A DNA stretch of 64,000 nucleotides from an uncultured Phycisphaeraceae bacterium (GTDB taxonomy: Bacteria > Planctomycetota > Phycisphaerae > Phycisphaerales > UBA1924). Shown piece after piece: positions 19,520 through 29,360 of the stretch; within the stretch, counting starts at the first letter, position 1; the number at the start of each line of letters is the position of its first letter. The stretch covers positions 207,427-271,426 of the forward strand of contig CAZVZG010000001.1 of the NCBI GenBank assembly GCA_964630785.1, given 5' to 3'. The position numbers and the translations under genes are program-made. The notes below the pieces were generated by a model. It searched no databases and was not told the origin of the DNA. It was given only the letters and a program-made list of their open reading frames with translations.

Positions 19520-22408
19520 CTACGCGGCCCCTTCCAGCGGCTGGTCGTCGCGGTCGAGGTCTTCCTCGCGCGAGCGACCGTTGATCGCCTCGCCCTCGGT
19601 CAGGCCGTCCACGCGGGGCGCCTCCGGCAGCGGCTTGCCCTTGGCGTCGGTCAGCGGCTTGCCGTCGAGCGTCCGCACGATCGGGACCGGGTTGGCCTTG
19701 TCGTGAGCGGCGAGCGCGGCCTCGAGCTCGCGACGCTGGGTCTCGGGCACGTCGGTCCACTTGCCGCGTCCGCGGCACTTGGGGAAGCGCGAGCAGCCCA
19801 ACCACGGGCCGCGGATGCCGTTGCGCAGGTTCATCGGGCTCTGACACTTGGGGCACGGCAGGTCGGTGAGCAGCGGGGGCTGGCTCGGCGCCACCACGTG
19901 CCCGTTCTTGTCGATGTTGAGGATCCCGTCGCACGGGTCCTTGTCGTCGTTGTACTTCGCGCACCCCAGGAACGGTCCGAACCGGCCGTTTCGCTTGATC
20001 ATCGGCCCGCCGCACTTCACGCACGCGACGTTCACGTGCTCGGCCGGACGCGGGCGTCCCTCGCGATCGACCGGGCAGGCGTACGTGCACTCGGGGTAGT
20101 TGCTGCACGAAAGGAACCGCCCGTTCTTGCCGAAGCGGTACACCAGGTCGCTCCCGCACACGGCGCAGCGGTATTCCTTCGGCGCGGGCGTCACCTCGGC
20201 CTTGGCGTGCGTCATGCCCTCGTGGGCCTCGTCGAGAGCGCGGCTGAACGGCCCGTAGAACCGGCGTAGCATGTCGATCCAGTCGAGGTGGTCGTCCTCG
20301 ACCTTGTCCAGCTCGCCCTCCATGTCGCGCGTGTAGCCCACGTCCATGATCTTGGGGAAGCCCTCGACGAGCTTGTCCGTCACCACCTCGCCCAGGTCGG
20401 TCGCGTAGAACCGGCGCTCGATCTGCTCGGCGTACTTGCGGTCCTGGATGACCTGGATGATCGACGCGTACGTCGACGGGCGGCCGATGCCCTCGGATTC
20501 GAGCGTCTTGATGAGCGAAGCTTCGCTGTACCGCGCCGGCGGGCTGGTGAACTTCTGCTCCGCGTCGATCGCGAAGGGGTGCACGCGCTGTTGCTCGGCG
20601 AGCTTGGGCAGCGTCGCGGTATCGGCCGCGGGGGGCACGCCCGTGACCTTGTAGAACCCGTCGAACACGAGCGTCCGTCCCGTGGCCTTGAAGGTGCACC
20701 GGGCATTCCGCCGGTCCTCGGCGGACCCGCCGCGGAGCGCCGGGGTACCCAACGGCCCTTCGATCAGCACCGTCGCCACGTCCCACTGCGCGTGCGCCAT
20801 CTGGCACGCGACAAACCGCTCCCAGATGAGCTGGTAGAGCCGGAACTGGTCCGGCTTGAGCACGTTCCGCAGTTTGTTCGGCGTGTGCTCCAGGCTCGTG
20901 GGGCGAATTGCCTCGTGCGCCTCCTGCGCGGCCTTGTTCGAGCTGGCGAAGAAGTTGGGCTTCTCGGGCAGGTACTTCTCGCCGTAGTGCTTGAGGATGA
21001 AACCCCGCGCCATCTCCAGCGCCTGGCCGGAGAGGTGCGTCGAGTCGGTTCGCATGTACGTGATCAGACCCACCGGGCCTTCGCCGGGGACGTCCACGCC
21101 CTCGTACAACTGCTGCGCGGCCCGCATCGTCCGCTGGGCGCCGAAGCCCAGCCTGCTGCTCGCCGCCTGCTGCATCGTGCTCGTGATGAACGGCGCGGCC
21201 GGGCGCACGCCCGAGCGCTTGGTCTCGATCGACTTGATCGCGTAGTCCACGTCCGGCTCGACCGTGCCCGTGATCGTGCGAACGAAGCGCGCCGGGCCGC
21301 GGCCGTCGGTGTTCTCGCGCACGTCCACTTTGACGGCGCTCAGGCCCGCGAGGCGGGCCAACTCGGCCGCACGCTTGGCGAAGCGGTCGCTCGCCTCGCC
21401 GTTCTGACCGCGGATCTCAAGCCGCTCGCCGTCGATCTCGATGAGCTCGGCGCGGATCGCGCCGTGCTCGCCCAGCCAGGCGGTCTGGGCCTTCTGCGTC
21501 GGCGGGTTGCCCTTCTCGTCCCGGGTCGCCATCAGACCGGCCCACGTGCCGCGGAGTTGGCGGGCCTCAGTCTGGCTGAGCGCAAAGAGGCCCTCGATCT
21601 GCCAGTGCTCGTCGGGGACGAAGTTGCGGATCTCCCGCTCGCGCTCGACGACCAGTCGCACGGCCACGCTCTGCACGCGCCCCGCGCTCAGGCCGCGCGC
21701 CACCTTCTTCCACAAGAGCGGCGAGACCTGGTACCCCACCACGCGGTCGAGGATGCGCCGGGCCTGCTGCGCGTTCACGCGGTCCATATCGATCGGGTGC
21801 GGGTTGCCGAACGCGCGCTTGATCTCGTCCTTGGTGATGGCCGCGAACATCACTCGCTTGGCCTCGCGCGGGTTGATCCCCAGCTCCTCGGCCAGGTGCC
21901 ACGCGATGGCCTCGCCCTCGCGATCCAAGTCGGTTGCGAACCAGACCTGGGCGGCGTGCTTGGCGGCCTTGCGGAGTTCGCTCACGGTCCGCGTCTTGCC
22001 GGGCAGCACCTCGTAGTGCGGGCGGAAGTCGTGGTTGAGGTCCACGCCCGGCACGGGCGACTTGTCGCCCTTGGGCGCCTTGCTCGGCAAGTCGCGCACA
22101 TGCCCCACGCTCGCGAGCACGACGTACTCCGGCCCGAGGTACTTGTTGATCGTCTTGGCCTTGCTGGGCGACTCGACGATCACCAGTTGCTTGCCGCTCA
22201 CCGCCGTGGGCGAGATGCCGATCCCGCGGTCCTCGCGCACGAACCGCCCGGCACGCTTGCCGCCGGATGTCTTGGCCTTGCCGCTGCGGGCGGCCGCCGG
22301 GGCCTTTGCGCCCGCTTCCACGCCATCGTCAAAGGGTGCCGCCTCCGTCTTGGACGGGCCGGTCTTGCGGCGTGGGCGGGGCGGGGCGGGCGTGCGGGTC
22401 TTGGCCAT
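19520..22408 (-). CDS. topA: DNA topoisomerase I with C-terminal zinc-ribbon repeats
   Basis: Toprim 'SVGHVRDLP'; active-site Tyr region; several C4 Zn-fingers; start trimmed to 'MAKTRTPAP'. Confidence 0.9.
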   Translation of the reverse strand: MAKTRTPAPPRPRRKTGPSKTEAAPFDDGVEAGAKAPAAARSGKAKTSGGKRAGRFVREDRGIGISPTAVSGKQLVIVESPSKAKTINKYLGPEYVVLASVGHVRDLPSKAPKGDKSPVPGVDLNHDFRPHYEVLPGKTRTVSELRKAAKHAAQVWFATDLDREGEAIAWHLAEELGINPREAKRVMFAAITKDEIKRAFGNPHPIDMDRVNAQQARRILDRVVGYQVSPLLWKKVARGLSAGRVQSVAVRLVVEREREIRNFVPDEHWQIEGLFALSQTEARQLRGTWAGLMATRDEKGNPPTQKAQTAWLGEHGAIRAELIEIDGERLEIRGQNGEASDRFAKRAAELARLAGLSAVKVDVRENTDGRGPARFVRTITGTVEPDVDYAIKSIETKRSGVRPAAPFITSTMQQAASSRLGFGAQRTMRAAQQLYEGVDVPGEGPVGLITYMRTDSTHLSGQALEMARGFILKHYGEKYLPEKPNFFASSNKAAQEAHEAIRPTSLEHTPNKLRNVLKPDQFRLYQLIWERFVACQMAHAQWDVATVLIEGPLGTPALRGGSAEDRRNARCTFKATGRTLVFDGFYKVTGVPPAADTATLPKLAEQQRVHPFAIDAEQKFTSPPARYSEASLIKTLESEGIGRPSTYASIIQVIQDRKYAEQIERRFYATDLGEVVTDKLVEGFPKIMDVGYTRDMEGELDKVEDDHLDWIDMLRRFYGPFSRALDEAHEGMTHAKAEVTPAPKEYRCAVCGSDLVYRFGKNGRFLSCSNYPECTYACPVDREGRPRPAEHVNVACVKCGGPMIKRNGRFGPFLGCAKYNDDKDPCDGILNIDKNGHVVAPSQPPLLTDLPCPKCQSPMNLRNGIRGPWLGCSRFPKCRGRGKWTDVPETQRRELEAALAAHDKANPVPIVRTLDGKPLTDAKGKPLPEAPRVDGLTEGEAINGRSREEDLDRDDQPLEGAA

Positions 22409-22656
22409 GGTGTTCGTGAGGACGGAAGTGAGGGGAAGCGGAAGATCAGGGGTGGGGGGGTACCGATATCTATCGGAACCAGTCCTCAATCACCCCTGAT
22501 CGGCACTCGGACCGGGGGCTCTGAGAAGGTCCGTGCCGGAAACCGACCCGGTTGTTACGAACGTCCAACGCGGAATGTCAAGCGAAAGTTCCGCGATTGT
22601 GCCAAACACAATCCGATCATCTGTCCGGTGATGCACGATTGCAGGCGTTGATACCC

Positions 22657-23697
22657 CTAAACAGGGCAAATGTTAGCCCAGATTCTGGCTGCTGCTTCGG
22701 GGCCCGGAACAGGTGGGCACGCGATCGTCAAGGCTCCCGGCGTGGATCGGAGCCGGCGCAACCACGTCCGCTGGTTCTTTCCGAATCGGCGGGTCTCGAC
22801 CTTGATCTTCTCGACCGCCGCGGCCAACTCCGCGTCCGGTGGCGGCCACGCCCGCGCCGCTCCCCCTGCTTCGGGCGCGAGCAGCGGTAGCAACTGCTTA
22901 TATCCGAGTGCCTCGGCCGCCTGGGGGCGCAACGGCCCGCGCTCGACCAGGGCCCGGACCTCGGCGAGCAGCCCCTCCCCCTCCCCCGTCCCCCCCCCCC
23001 GGTCCATCATCTGTTTCACGCGGGCGTTGATCCGCTGGTTGAGCGCCTCCGTCGGCCAATCGAGGATCACCAGGCGGAGTGTCAGATGTCGGATGTCGGA
23101 TGCCGGATGTGTGCGGTCCCACTGACGCTGGTGGGCGGAGATCGGCCGGCCGGTCTGGCGGAACACCTCCAGCGCCCGCACCGTCCGCCGGGTGTCGTTG
23201 GGGTGGATTCGAGCGGCCGCGGCGGGGTCGAACCGCTCCAGTTCCTCGCGCCGTGCGTCCGGGTCCATCGCGTTGAGTTCGGCCCGCAGGGCCGGGTCGG
23301 GCTCGGGCCCCTGAAAGAGCCCGTCGAGCAGGGCTTTGATGTAGAGGTGCGTCCCCCCGACCACGATCGGCAAACGCCCCGCGTTGCGCGCGTCCGCGAT
23401 CTTCGCCGTCGCCAGCCCCAGCCAGTCCTCGACCGTGAACGACCGGGCGGCGAGCCCGCCTCCGCCGTCGTCGTGTGCGGGCACAAGGTCGATCAGGTGG
23501 TGCGGCACGCCCCGACGTTCCGCCACGGACGGCTTGGCCGTGCCGATGTCCATGCCGCGGTAAACCTGGAACGCATCGGCGGTGATGACCTCGGCCTCGA
23601 CGCCGTGGCGCGCTCGGGCGAACTTGGCGAGCGCGATGGCGAGGTCCGACTTGCCGCCGGCGGTGGGGCCCGCGATCACGGGCGTGAGGGGCGTCAC
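22657..23697 (-). CDS. miaA: tRNA dimethylallyltransferase
   Basis: P-loop 'GPTAGGKSDLAIALA'; contains a C13 homopolymer encoding a Gly-rich insertion. Confidence 0.9.
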   Translation of the reverse strand: MTPLTPVIAGPTAGGKSDLAIALAKFARARHGVEAEVITADAFQVYRGMDIGTAKPSVAERRGVPHHLIDLVPAHDDGGGGLAARSFTVEDWLGLATAKIADARNAGRLPIVVGGTHLYIKALLDGLFQGPEPDPALRAELNAMDPDARREELERFDPAAAARIHPNDTRRTVRALEVFRQTGRPISAHQRQWDRTHPASDIRHLTLRLVILDWPTEALNQRINARVKQMMDRGGGTGEGEGLLAEVRALVERGPLRPQAAEALGYKQLLPLLAPEAGGAARAWPPPDAELAAAVEKIKVETRRFGKNQRTWLRRLRSTPGALTIACPPVPGPEAAARIWANICPV

Positions 23698-26438
23698 TTG
23701 GCGGCTCCGCTCAGGACCCGCCAGCGGTCCGCGTCATCCTTCTTGCCGGACTTGTCGTAGAGCAGCGCCAGCGATTTGGCGCACGAGCGCGTGCGCTGGT
23801 GGTCGGTCCCGAGCACACGCTTGAGGTTGTCGTACGCGTCGGTGAGCATGGGCTCGGCCTCGCCCGTCTTGCCCAGTTCGACCAGGCAGTTGGCCAGGTT
23901 CATCCTTCCCGCGAAGCGCATCCAGTGGTCCGGCGGCAGGGCGATGTCCACGCCTTCGACCACGCGTCGGAACATCGGTTCGGCCTCGGCGAAGCGTCCT
24001 CGGTTCTCTAACAGCAGGGCCAGGTTGTTCACAAGCGTGAGCGTGTCGACCGAGTTGGGGCCGTCGATCCGCTCGCGCTGGGCCATCGTCTCGCGGAAGA
24101 GTGATTCCGCCTCGTCGAGCCGGGACGCGCGCCGGGGATCGTCGGGTTTGTCGCCCTGGGCTCGGCGGTTGAGGAAGTTCGCCAGGTTGTTCGCGTAGGT
24201 GAGCGCCGAAGGGTGGACGGTCCCGCGCGTGCCCCGTCCGCCCGCGAGCAGCAGGCGATACGCTGCTTCCGCCTCGTCCATGTGCCCCAGCGACTCCTCG
24301 TTGAGCGCGAGCGTGTTGAGCGTCGTGAGCGTGTCGGGGTGGTCGGCGCCCAGCACCGCGACGCGCGTGTCGTACACGTCCTTGAGCATGGGCGCGGCCT
24401 CGGCGAACCGCCCGGCGTCGTGCAGCGCCGAGGCGAGGATGGAGCGGGCGGTCAGCGTGGTCGGGTGACGCGGGCCGAGCGCCCGCTCGCAACCGGCCGC
24501 GCTGTCGCGGGCGACCTTGATCGCCTCGTCGACTTTGCCCTGGCTTTGAAGGAGGTCCGAGAGCTGCATCAGGCTCACCAGCGTCTCCTGGTGGGCCGGG
24601 CCGAGCACACGGGTCTTGATCTCCAGGGCCTTGCGCTGCAGGCTCTCCGACTCTTCGAGCCGCCCCTGGTCCTGCACGGCCAACGCGAGGTTGGCCATCG
24701 TCGCGAGCGTGTCCTCGTGCGCCTCGCCGACGGCCGCCGTCTGCCGGGCGAGCGCGTCGCGGAAGATCGCCTCCGCCTCGGCCGCCTTGCCGTCCATCAT
24801 CACGGGTACGCCCGAGAGCGCCAGCGCGTTGATCGTCTCGGGGTCGTTCTCGCCGCGGCTGGCGGCCCACCGATCGTGCGCCGAACGGAACATCGCCAGC
24901 GCCTTCACGTTATCGCCCAGGTGAAAATACGCCTTGCCGAGTTTGACCCGCAGCTCGCCGTCCACGTCCGGATCGTCCTTGAACGCCTCGCCCAGCCGGC
25001 CCGCGGCGACGTCGAGCAGTTCGCGCACCGTCCGGTCGCGGCTCTGCCCGCTGTGCGGATCGGCGGTCGAGAGCATGTCCCCGAGAAACTCGGTGACCCG
25101 GCGCGCCCGCGCCGTCTCGGACTGGGCCTGATCGCGGGCCGCCACCGCCTCGCGGCGCTGGACCGCTTCGCGGTACGCGAAGTTCGCGCTCACGACGGCC
25201 GCCGCGACCAGCGCCAGCGCGGCGACGGCGATGCCCGCGGCCAGGGCCCGGTTCCGCCGGGCCATCACGCGCAGTTGATAGCCCACGCTCGGCGGGCGCG
25301 CCGCGATCGGCTCGTTGTTCAGATACCGCCGGATGTCGGCGGCGAAGTCCGCGGCCGACTGGTAGCGACGAGCACGGTCCTTCTCCAGGGCCTTGAAAAC
25401 GATGGTCTCGACGTCGCCGGCGCGGCTGCCGCTTCCCCCGCCGCTCCCGCCTCCCCCTCGTCGCGAGCCCGTCAGCCCGGAGAGTCGTCTGGGGGGTTCC
25501 TGGCGGATGATCCGCGTGATGTCGCCGAGGCCCGACTCACCCAGGTCGTAGGGCAACTGGCCCGAGAGCAGTTCGTAGAGCACCACCCCCAACGCGTACA
25601 CGTCCGATCGCGTGTCGATGTCGCCCGAGGCGTCGACCTGCTCCGGGCTCATGTAGTGCGGCGTGCCGACCAGCGCGCCCGGCTGCGTGTGCATGGTGTG
25701 GTCGGTGGCCTCGTGCTCGATGGCGCGGGCCACGCCGAAGTCGATGACCTTCGGCTCGCCGGATGAGTCGACGAGAATGTTCGCGGGCTTGAGGTCGCGG
25801 TGGATGACGCCCTTGGTGTGCCCGTGGTGCACGGCATCGCACACCCGGGCGAAGAGCGTGAGCCTGTCGGCGAGAGACAGGTTGTGCGCCTGGGCGTGCG
25901 CCGTGATGGAGCGAGCACCGGGGATGTACTCCATCGCGTAGTACGGGATCACCTCCGGCCGGAGCCCCGGCGGGAGCTCGGCGCCGGGGGGTGGAGAGGG
26001 GGGCGTGTGCGTGCCCGCCTCGTAGACCTGCGCGATGCCGGGGTGGCGAAGGCGAGCAAGCAGTTGCGACTCGTACTCGAACCGCCTCTGCGCGCCGGCG
26101 GAAGCGATGCCCGTGCGCAGCACCTTGAGCGCCACGATGCGCCGCGGGTTGTCCTGCTCGGCCTCGTACACAGCGCCCATGCCGCCGGTGCCGATGAGCC
26201 GGCGCAGCGTGTAACTCCCCACGCGGTGCACCCCGGGCGCGACCTCCCCGACCGCTCCGGCATCCTCCTTACCGCGAGACTGATGGCCAGCCGGGGGTTG
26301 AGGGGGCGGCACGGTCGTGCGAGCGGCGAAGTCGTCGGTGGGGTTCGGCGACACATGAGGCTCCAGTACGGGTCGGAATGCTAGATCGAGCAAGCCGTTG
26401 GGCGGCCCCGGGTCTTTGCCCGGTGTCGTAGACCGCAT
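23694..26438 (-). CDS. Ser/Thr protein kinase with TM segment and C-terminal TPR repeats
   Basis: 'HRDLKPANILVD', 'DFG' and 'SPEQ' kinase motifs; >10 TPR-like repeats; stop overlaps the miaA start by 4 nt. Confidence 0.8.
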   Translation of the reverse strand: MRSTTPGKDPGPPNGLLDLAFRPVLEPHVSPNPTDDFAARTTVPPPQPPAGHQSRGKEDAGAVGEVAPGVHRVGSYTLRRLIGTGGMGAVYEAEQDNPRRIVALKVLRTGIASAGAQRRFEYESQLLARLRHPGIAQVYEAGTHTPPSPPPGAELPPGLRPEVIPYYAMEYIPGARSITAHAQAHNLSLADRLTLFARVCDAVHHGHTKGVIHRDLKPANILVDSSGEPKVIDFGVARAIEHEATDHTMHTQPGALVGTPHYMSPEQVDASGDIDTRSDVYALGVVLYELLSGQLPYDLGESGLGDITRIIRQEPPRRLSGLTGSRRGGGGSGGGSGSRAGDVETIVFKALEKDRARRYQSAADFAADIRRYLNNEPIAARPPSVGYQLRVMARRNRALAAGIAVAALALVAAAVVSANFAYREAVQRREAVAARDQAQSETARARRVTEFLGDMLSTADPHSGQSRDRTVRELLDVAAGRLGEAFKDDPDVDGELRVKLGKAYFHLGDNVKALAMFRSAHDRWAASRGENDPETINALALSGVPVMMDGKAAEAEAIFRDALARQTAAVGEAHEDTLATMANLALAVQDQGRLEESESLQRKALEIKTRVLGPAHQETLVSLMQLSDLLQSQGKVDEAIKVARDSAAGCERALGPRHPTTLTARSILASALHDAGRFAEAAPMLKDVYDTRVAVLGADHPDTLTTLNTLALNEESLGHMDEAEAAYRLLLAGGRGTRGTVHPSALTYANNLANFLNRRAQGDKPDDPRRASRLDEAESLFRETMAQRERIDGPNSVDTLTLVNNLALLLENRGRFAEAEPMFRRVVEGVDIALPPDHWMRFAGRMNLANCLVELGKTGEAEPMLTDAYDNLKRVLGTDHQRTRSCAKSLALLYDKSGKKDDADRWRVLSGAAK

Positions 26439-26485
26439 ACCGCCCGGAAGGGCGGCGGCACGTGCGGCCCTATCCTTGATTCGCC

Positions 26486-27367
26486 ATGACCCTCATCCGT
26501 CTCGGCTGCGTCAAGTACCTCAACACCCTGCCCCTGATCGAGGGCTTGCAGGTCTGGAAGGACGCCGAACTGGTGGCCGCGGTGCCCAGCCGCCTGATCG
26601 ACATGCTTCTCGGCGGGCGCGTGGACGTCGCCCTCGCGAGCGTCATTGACGGCGCCCGCCACGCCGATCGCGTGCGCCTGCTCCCCGTCGGCATGATCGG
26701 CTGCGACGGACCCACGCTCACGGTGCGGCTTTTCAGCCGCGTGCCGTTCGATCGCATCCGCACCGTCGGCGCCGACACCGACAGCCACACCTCCGTCGCT
26801 CTGCTGCGGGTGATCCTCTCGCGACGGTTCGGCATCCGCCCCGACGTGTTCGACTTCGACGCCCGCGAGCACATGCTGCTCGCCGGCGCTCCGTCATCGC
26901 CCGCGCCCGCCCGGGCCGACGCCGTCCTCCTCATCGGCGACAAGGTCGTGACCGATCCGCCCGAGCACGGCGAGTATCCCCACGAGCTCGACCTCGGCCA
27001 AGCGTGGAAGGACCTCACCGGCCTCCCCTTCGTCTACGCCGTGTGGATGTGCCGCGCGGGCGAGGAGGACTCGCTCGCGGTCGGCACCGCCGCGGCCATG
27101 CTCGACCGTCAGCGCCGCCACAACGCCACACGGCTCGGCTGGATCGTGCAGGCCCGCGCCGCCGAGCGTCACTGGCCCGAGGACACCGCGGCCCGCTACG
27201 TCGGCAGCTACCTCAAGTACGCCATCGACGAGCGCGAGCGCGAGGCCGTGGCCCGATTCCTCCCGTGGGCGTACGGGCTCGGCCTCAGCCCCGGGCCCGA
27301 CGCGCACTGGGCCGAGTTCGCGCACACCGACCTTGACGCAGCGCATCACGCGCACGCCACCGCCTGA
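26486..27367 (+). CDS. MqnA/MqnD-family menaquinone (futalosine pathway) biosynthesis protein
   Basis: 'IRLGCVKYLNTLPLIEGL' N-terminus typical of chorismate dehydratase MqnA. Confidence 0.6.
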   Translation: MTLIRLGCVKYLNTLPLIEGLQVWKDAELVAAVPSRLIDMLLGGRVDVALASVIDGARHADRVRLLPVGMIGCDGPTLTVRLFSRVPFDRIRTVGADTDSHTSVALLRVILSRRFGIRPDVFDFDAREHMLLAGAPSSPAPARADAVLLIGDKVVTDPPEHGEYPHELDLGQAWKDLTGLPFVYAVWMCRAGEEDSLAVGTAAAMLDRQRRHNATRLGWIVQARAAERHWPEDTAARYVGSYLKYAIDEREREAVARFLPWAYGLGLSPGPDAHWAEFAHTDLDAAHHAHATA

Positions 27368-29360
27368 CCGCCCCGGCCTCATGCCCCCCCTCCCCAAGCT
27401 CAAGATCGACGCGCTGGCCGAGCTGGCGAGGCAACTGCGGTTCGAGTCACCCGAGGCGGCCCGGCGTCAGTTGGAGCGGGCCGAGGCGCTCACGCTCGAA
27501 ATCCTCGCCGAATGCGCTCGCCACGGAGCCGGCGACAAGCCCGCCGCCCGAACCTACCCGCTCGACTACATCGTCTTCCGTGTCACCGGCCTCCGTCCCG
27601 ACACCCGCGCCGGCGAGAGCCACACACCGACCGTCCTCATCGGTGAGGCCCTGCTCGCCGATCTGCCCGCGCTGATCGAGCGTCTCAGCGCCGCGGCCAG
27701 ACTTCAACTGAGCGACCTCGAACCGCCCGGCGTGGGCACGAGCGGCCGGCGGGCCAGAACCGCGCGCGAGCGGGCGACGCGATCGAACACAAAGCCGATC
27801 GCGCCCGCCCTTCGCGGCCCGTGGCTCGACCTGAACGACCTTGCCCGCCGATGGTCCATCGGCACCAAGACCATCGAGCGATCGCGCCGGCGGGGGCTGC
27901 TGTCACGGCGCGTGCGCACCGGCGGCGCGGGGCGGGGCGCGGCCGCACGCGAGAAGATCGTCTTCGCCGAGTCCGCCGTTCTCGCATTCGAGGCCGCCGG
28001 AGGTTGGAAACGCATGACGGCCGCCGGCGACCACACCCCGCGGGTCGCCGCCGCCCGGGCCCCGCGCCTCTCCGCCCGCGAGCGCGAGCGCATCGTCAAC
28101 CGCGCGGCCCGATACCGCCGTCACTTCGGCTGGTCGCTCAACCGCTGCGCCCTGCGCATCGCCCGCTCCATCGACCGCTCGCACGAATCGGTGCGCCGGG
28201 CCCTCCGCAGGCACGACGCCGCGTCGGCCACGCCGATCTTCGACGAGCGGCCGCCGCTTTCGGACCACGAGCGCGCCCTCGTCGAGCGCCACCGTCGCGC
28301 CGGCGGGTCGCCCGCAGAACTCGCCGAGCGCCTGTCGCGGTCGCGAGGCTCGATGCACCGCGTCGCGGCCGACCGGCGCGCCGAGCGCCTGCGCGTGCTT
28401 GCGCTCGACGGGCCGGCCGGGCCGCTGTTCCACCGGACCGACGCGGCCGACGTGTTGCTCGCGCCCGCGTCGGTGCGCCGCGGGCTCGGCTCGGCGGCCC
28501 CCGCGACCATCGGCGATTTCGTCGCCATCGGCGAGAGCATGAGCCCGCCCGCGCTCGCCGTCGAGAGCGCCCGGGCCGTCGCGTACGCCTTCCTCCGTTA
28601 CCGCGCCCTCGCGGCGATCCGCGCGCTGCCGCGACACGGCGTCTCCGTCGCCGTGATCGACGCCATCGAAACCGACCTGCGCTGGGCCAGCCGCGTGAAG
28701 GTCGAACTGGTGCGATCGCAACTGCCCACGGCCCTGCGATCCATCCGCGCCAGGCTCGGGGGGCGCGGGCCAGACGCGATCTCACCCCGCGGCCCGGCCG
28801 GCGGCCCCGCGCTGATCGACGCCTGCATCGACGCGCTCGTGGAGGCCGTCGATCGTTTCGACCCGTTCAAGGCGATCGCCGGCGGCGGTCGGCTGGCCGC
28901 GCCGGCGGCCATCGCCGTCAACCGAGCGCTCACGCGCTGGCTCCAAGCGGCGGAGTCGTCCGGTCGGGGGCTTGTGGGCGCCGGCACGGGCGATGGGAAG
29001 GGCGGGGGACTGGCCGCGCACAAGAGCGACACCGTTCCGATCGGCGACTGGACACTCCGCGTCGATCCCTGGCAGGCCTGGCTCGAACTGCCGGAGAGCC
29101 TGGCCCGCGTCGCGCGCGCTGTCGCTGCTGAGTCTGGCCCGGCGAAGGCAAAGGCCGCTCGTCGCGAGCACGACGACCTTCGGCTCATCCGCGTGCGCGC
29201 CGGGTTCATGCCCGAGGGCGACCCACCCCGCACGCTGCAAGAGGCCGCCACGATCCTCGGCCTGACCGCGCAGGGCGTCGCCGCCCGAGAGCGCCGCATC
29301 ATCGGGGCCGCAGTTTCGGCGGGACGCCCGCCCAAGCGTTCGGGGCGTGCACGTGGGTAG
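27333..29360 (+). CDS. Hypothetical sigma-70-like regulator with multiple HTH segments
   Basis: Region-2-like 'LIDACIDALVEAVDRFDPFK'; region-4-like 'TLQEAATILGLTAQGVAARERRI'; very Arg/Ala-rich; boundaries uncertain. Confidence 0.4.
   Translation: MTQRITRTPPPDRPGLMPPLPKLKIDALAELARQLRFESPEAARRQLERAEALTLEILAECARHGAGDKPAARTYPLDYIVFRVTGLRPDTRAGESHTPTVLIGEALLADLPALIERLSAAARLQLSDLEPPGVGTSGRRARTARERATRSNTKPIAPALRGPWLDLNDLARRWSIGTKTIERSRRRGLLSRRVRTGGAGRGAAAREKIVFAESAVLAFEAAGGWKRMTAAGDHTPRVAAARAPRLSARERERIVNRAARYRRHFGWSLNRCALRIARSIDRSHESVRRALRRHDAASATPIFDERPPLSDHERALVERHRRAGGSPAELAERLSRSRGSMHRVAADRRAERLRVLALDGPAGPLFHRTDAADVLLAPASVRRGLGSAAPATIGDFVAIGESMSPPALAVESARAVAYAFLRYRALAAIRALPRHGVSVAVIDAIETDLRWASRVKVELVRSQLPTALRSIRARLGGRGPDAISPRGPAGGPALIDACIDALVEAVDRFDPFKAIAGGGRLAAPAAIAVNRALTRWLQAAESSGRGLVGAGTGDGKGGGLAAHKSDTVPIGDWTLRVDPWQAWLELPESLARVARAVAAESGPAKAKAARREHDDLRLIRVRAGFMPEGDPPRTLQEAATILGLTAQGVAARERRIIGAAVSAGRPPKRSGRARG

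Noticed and set aside
20288-22651. 787-aa ORF antisense to topA
   Set aside because: Shadow ORF. topA on the minus strand has unambiguous Toprim and Zn-ribbon motifs.
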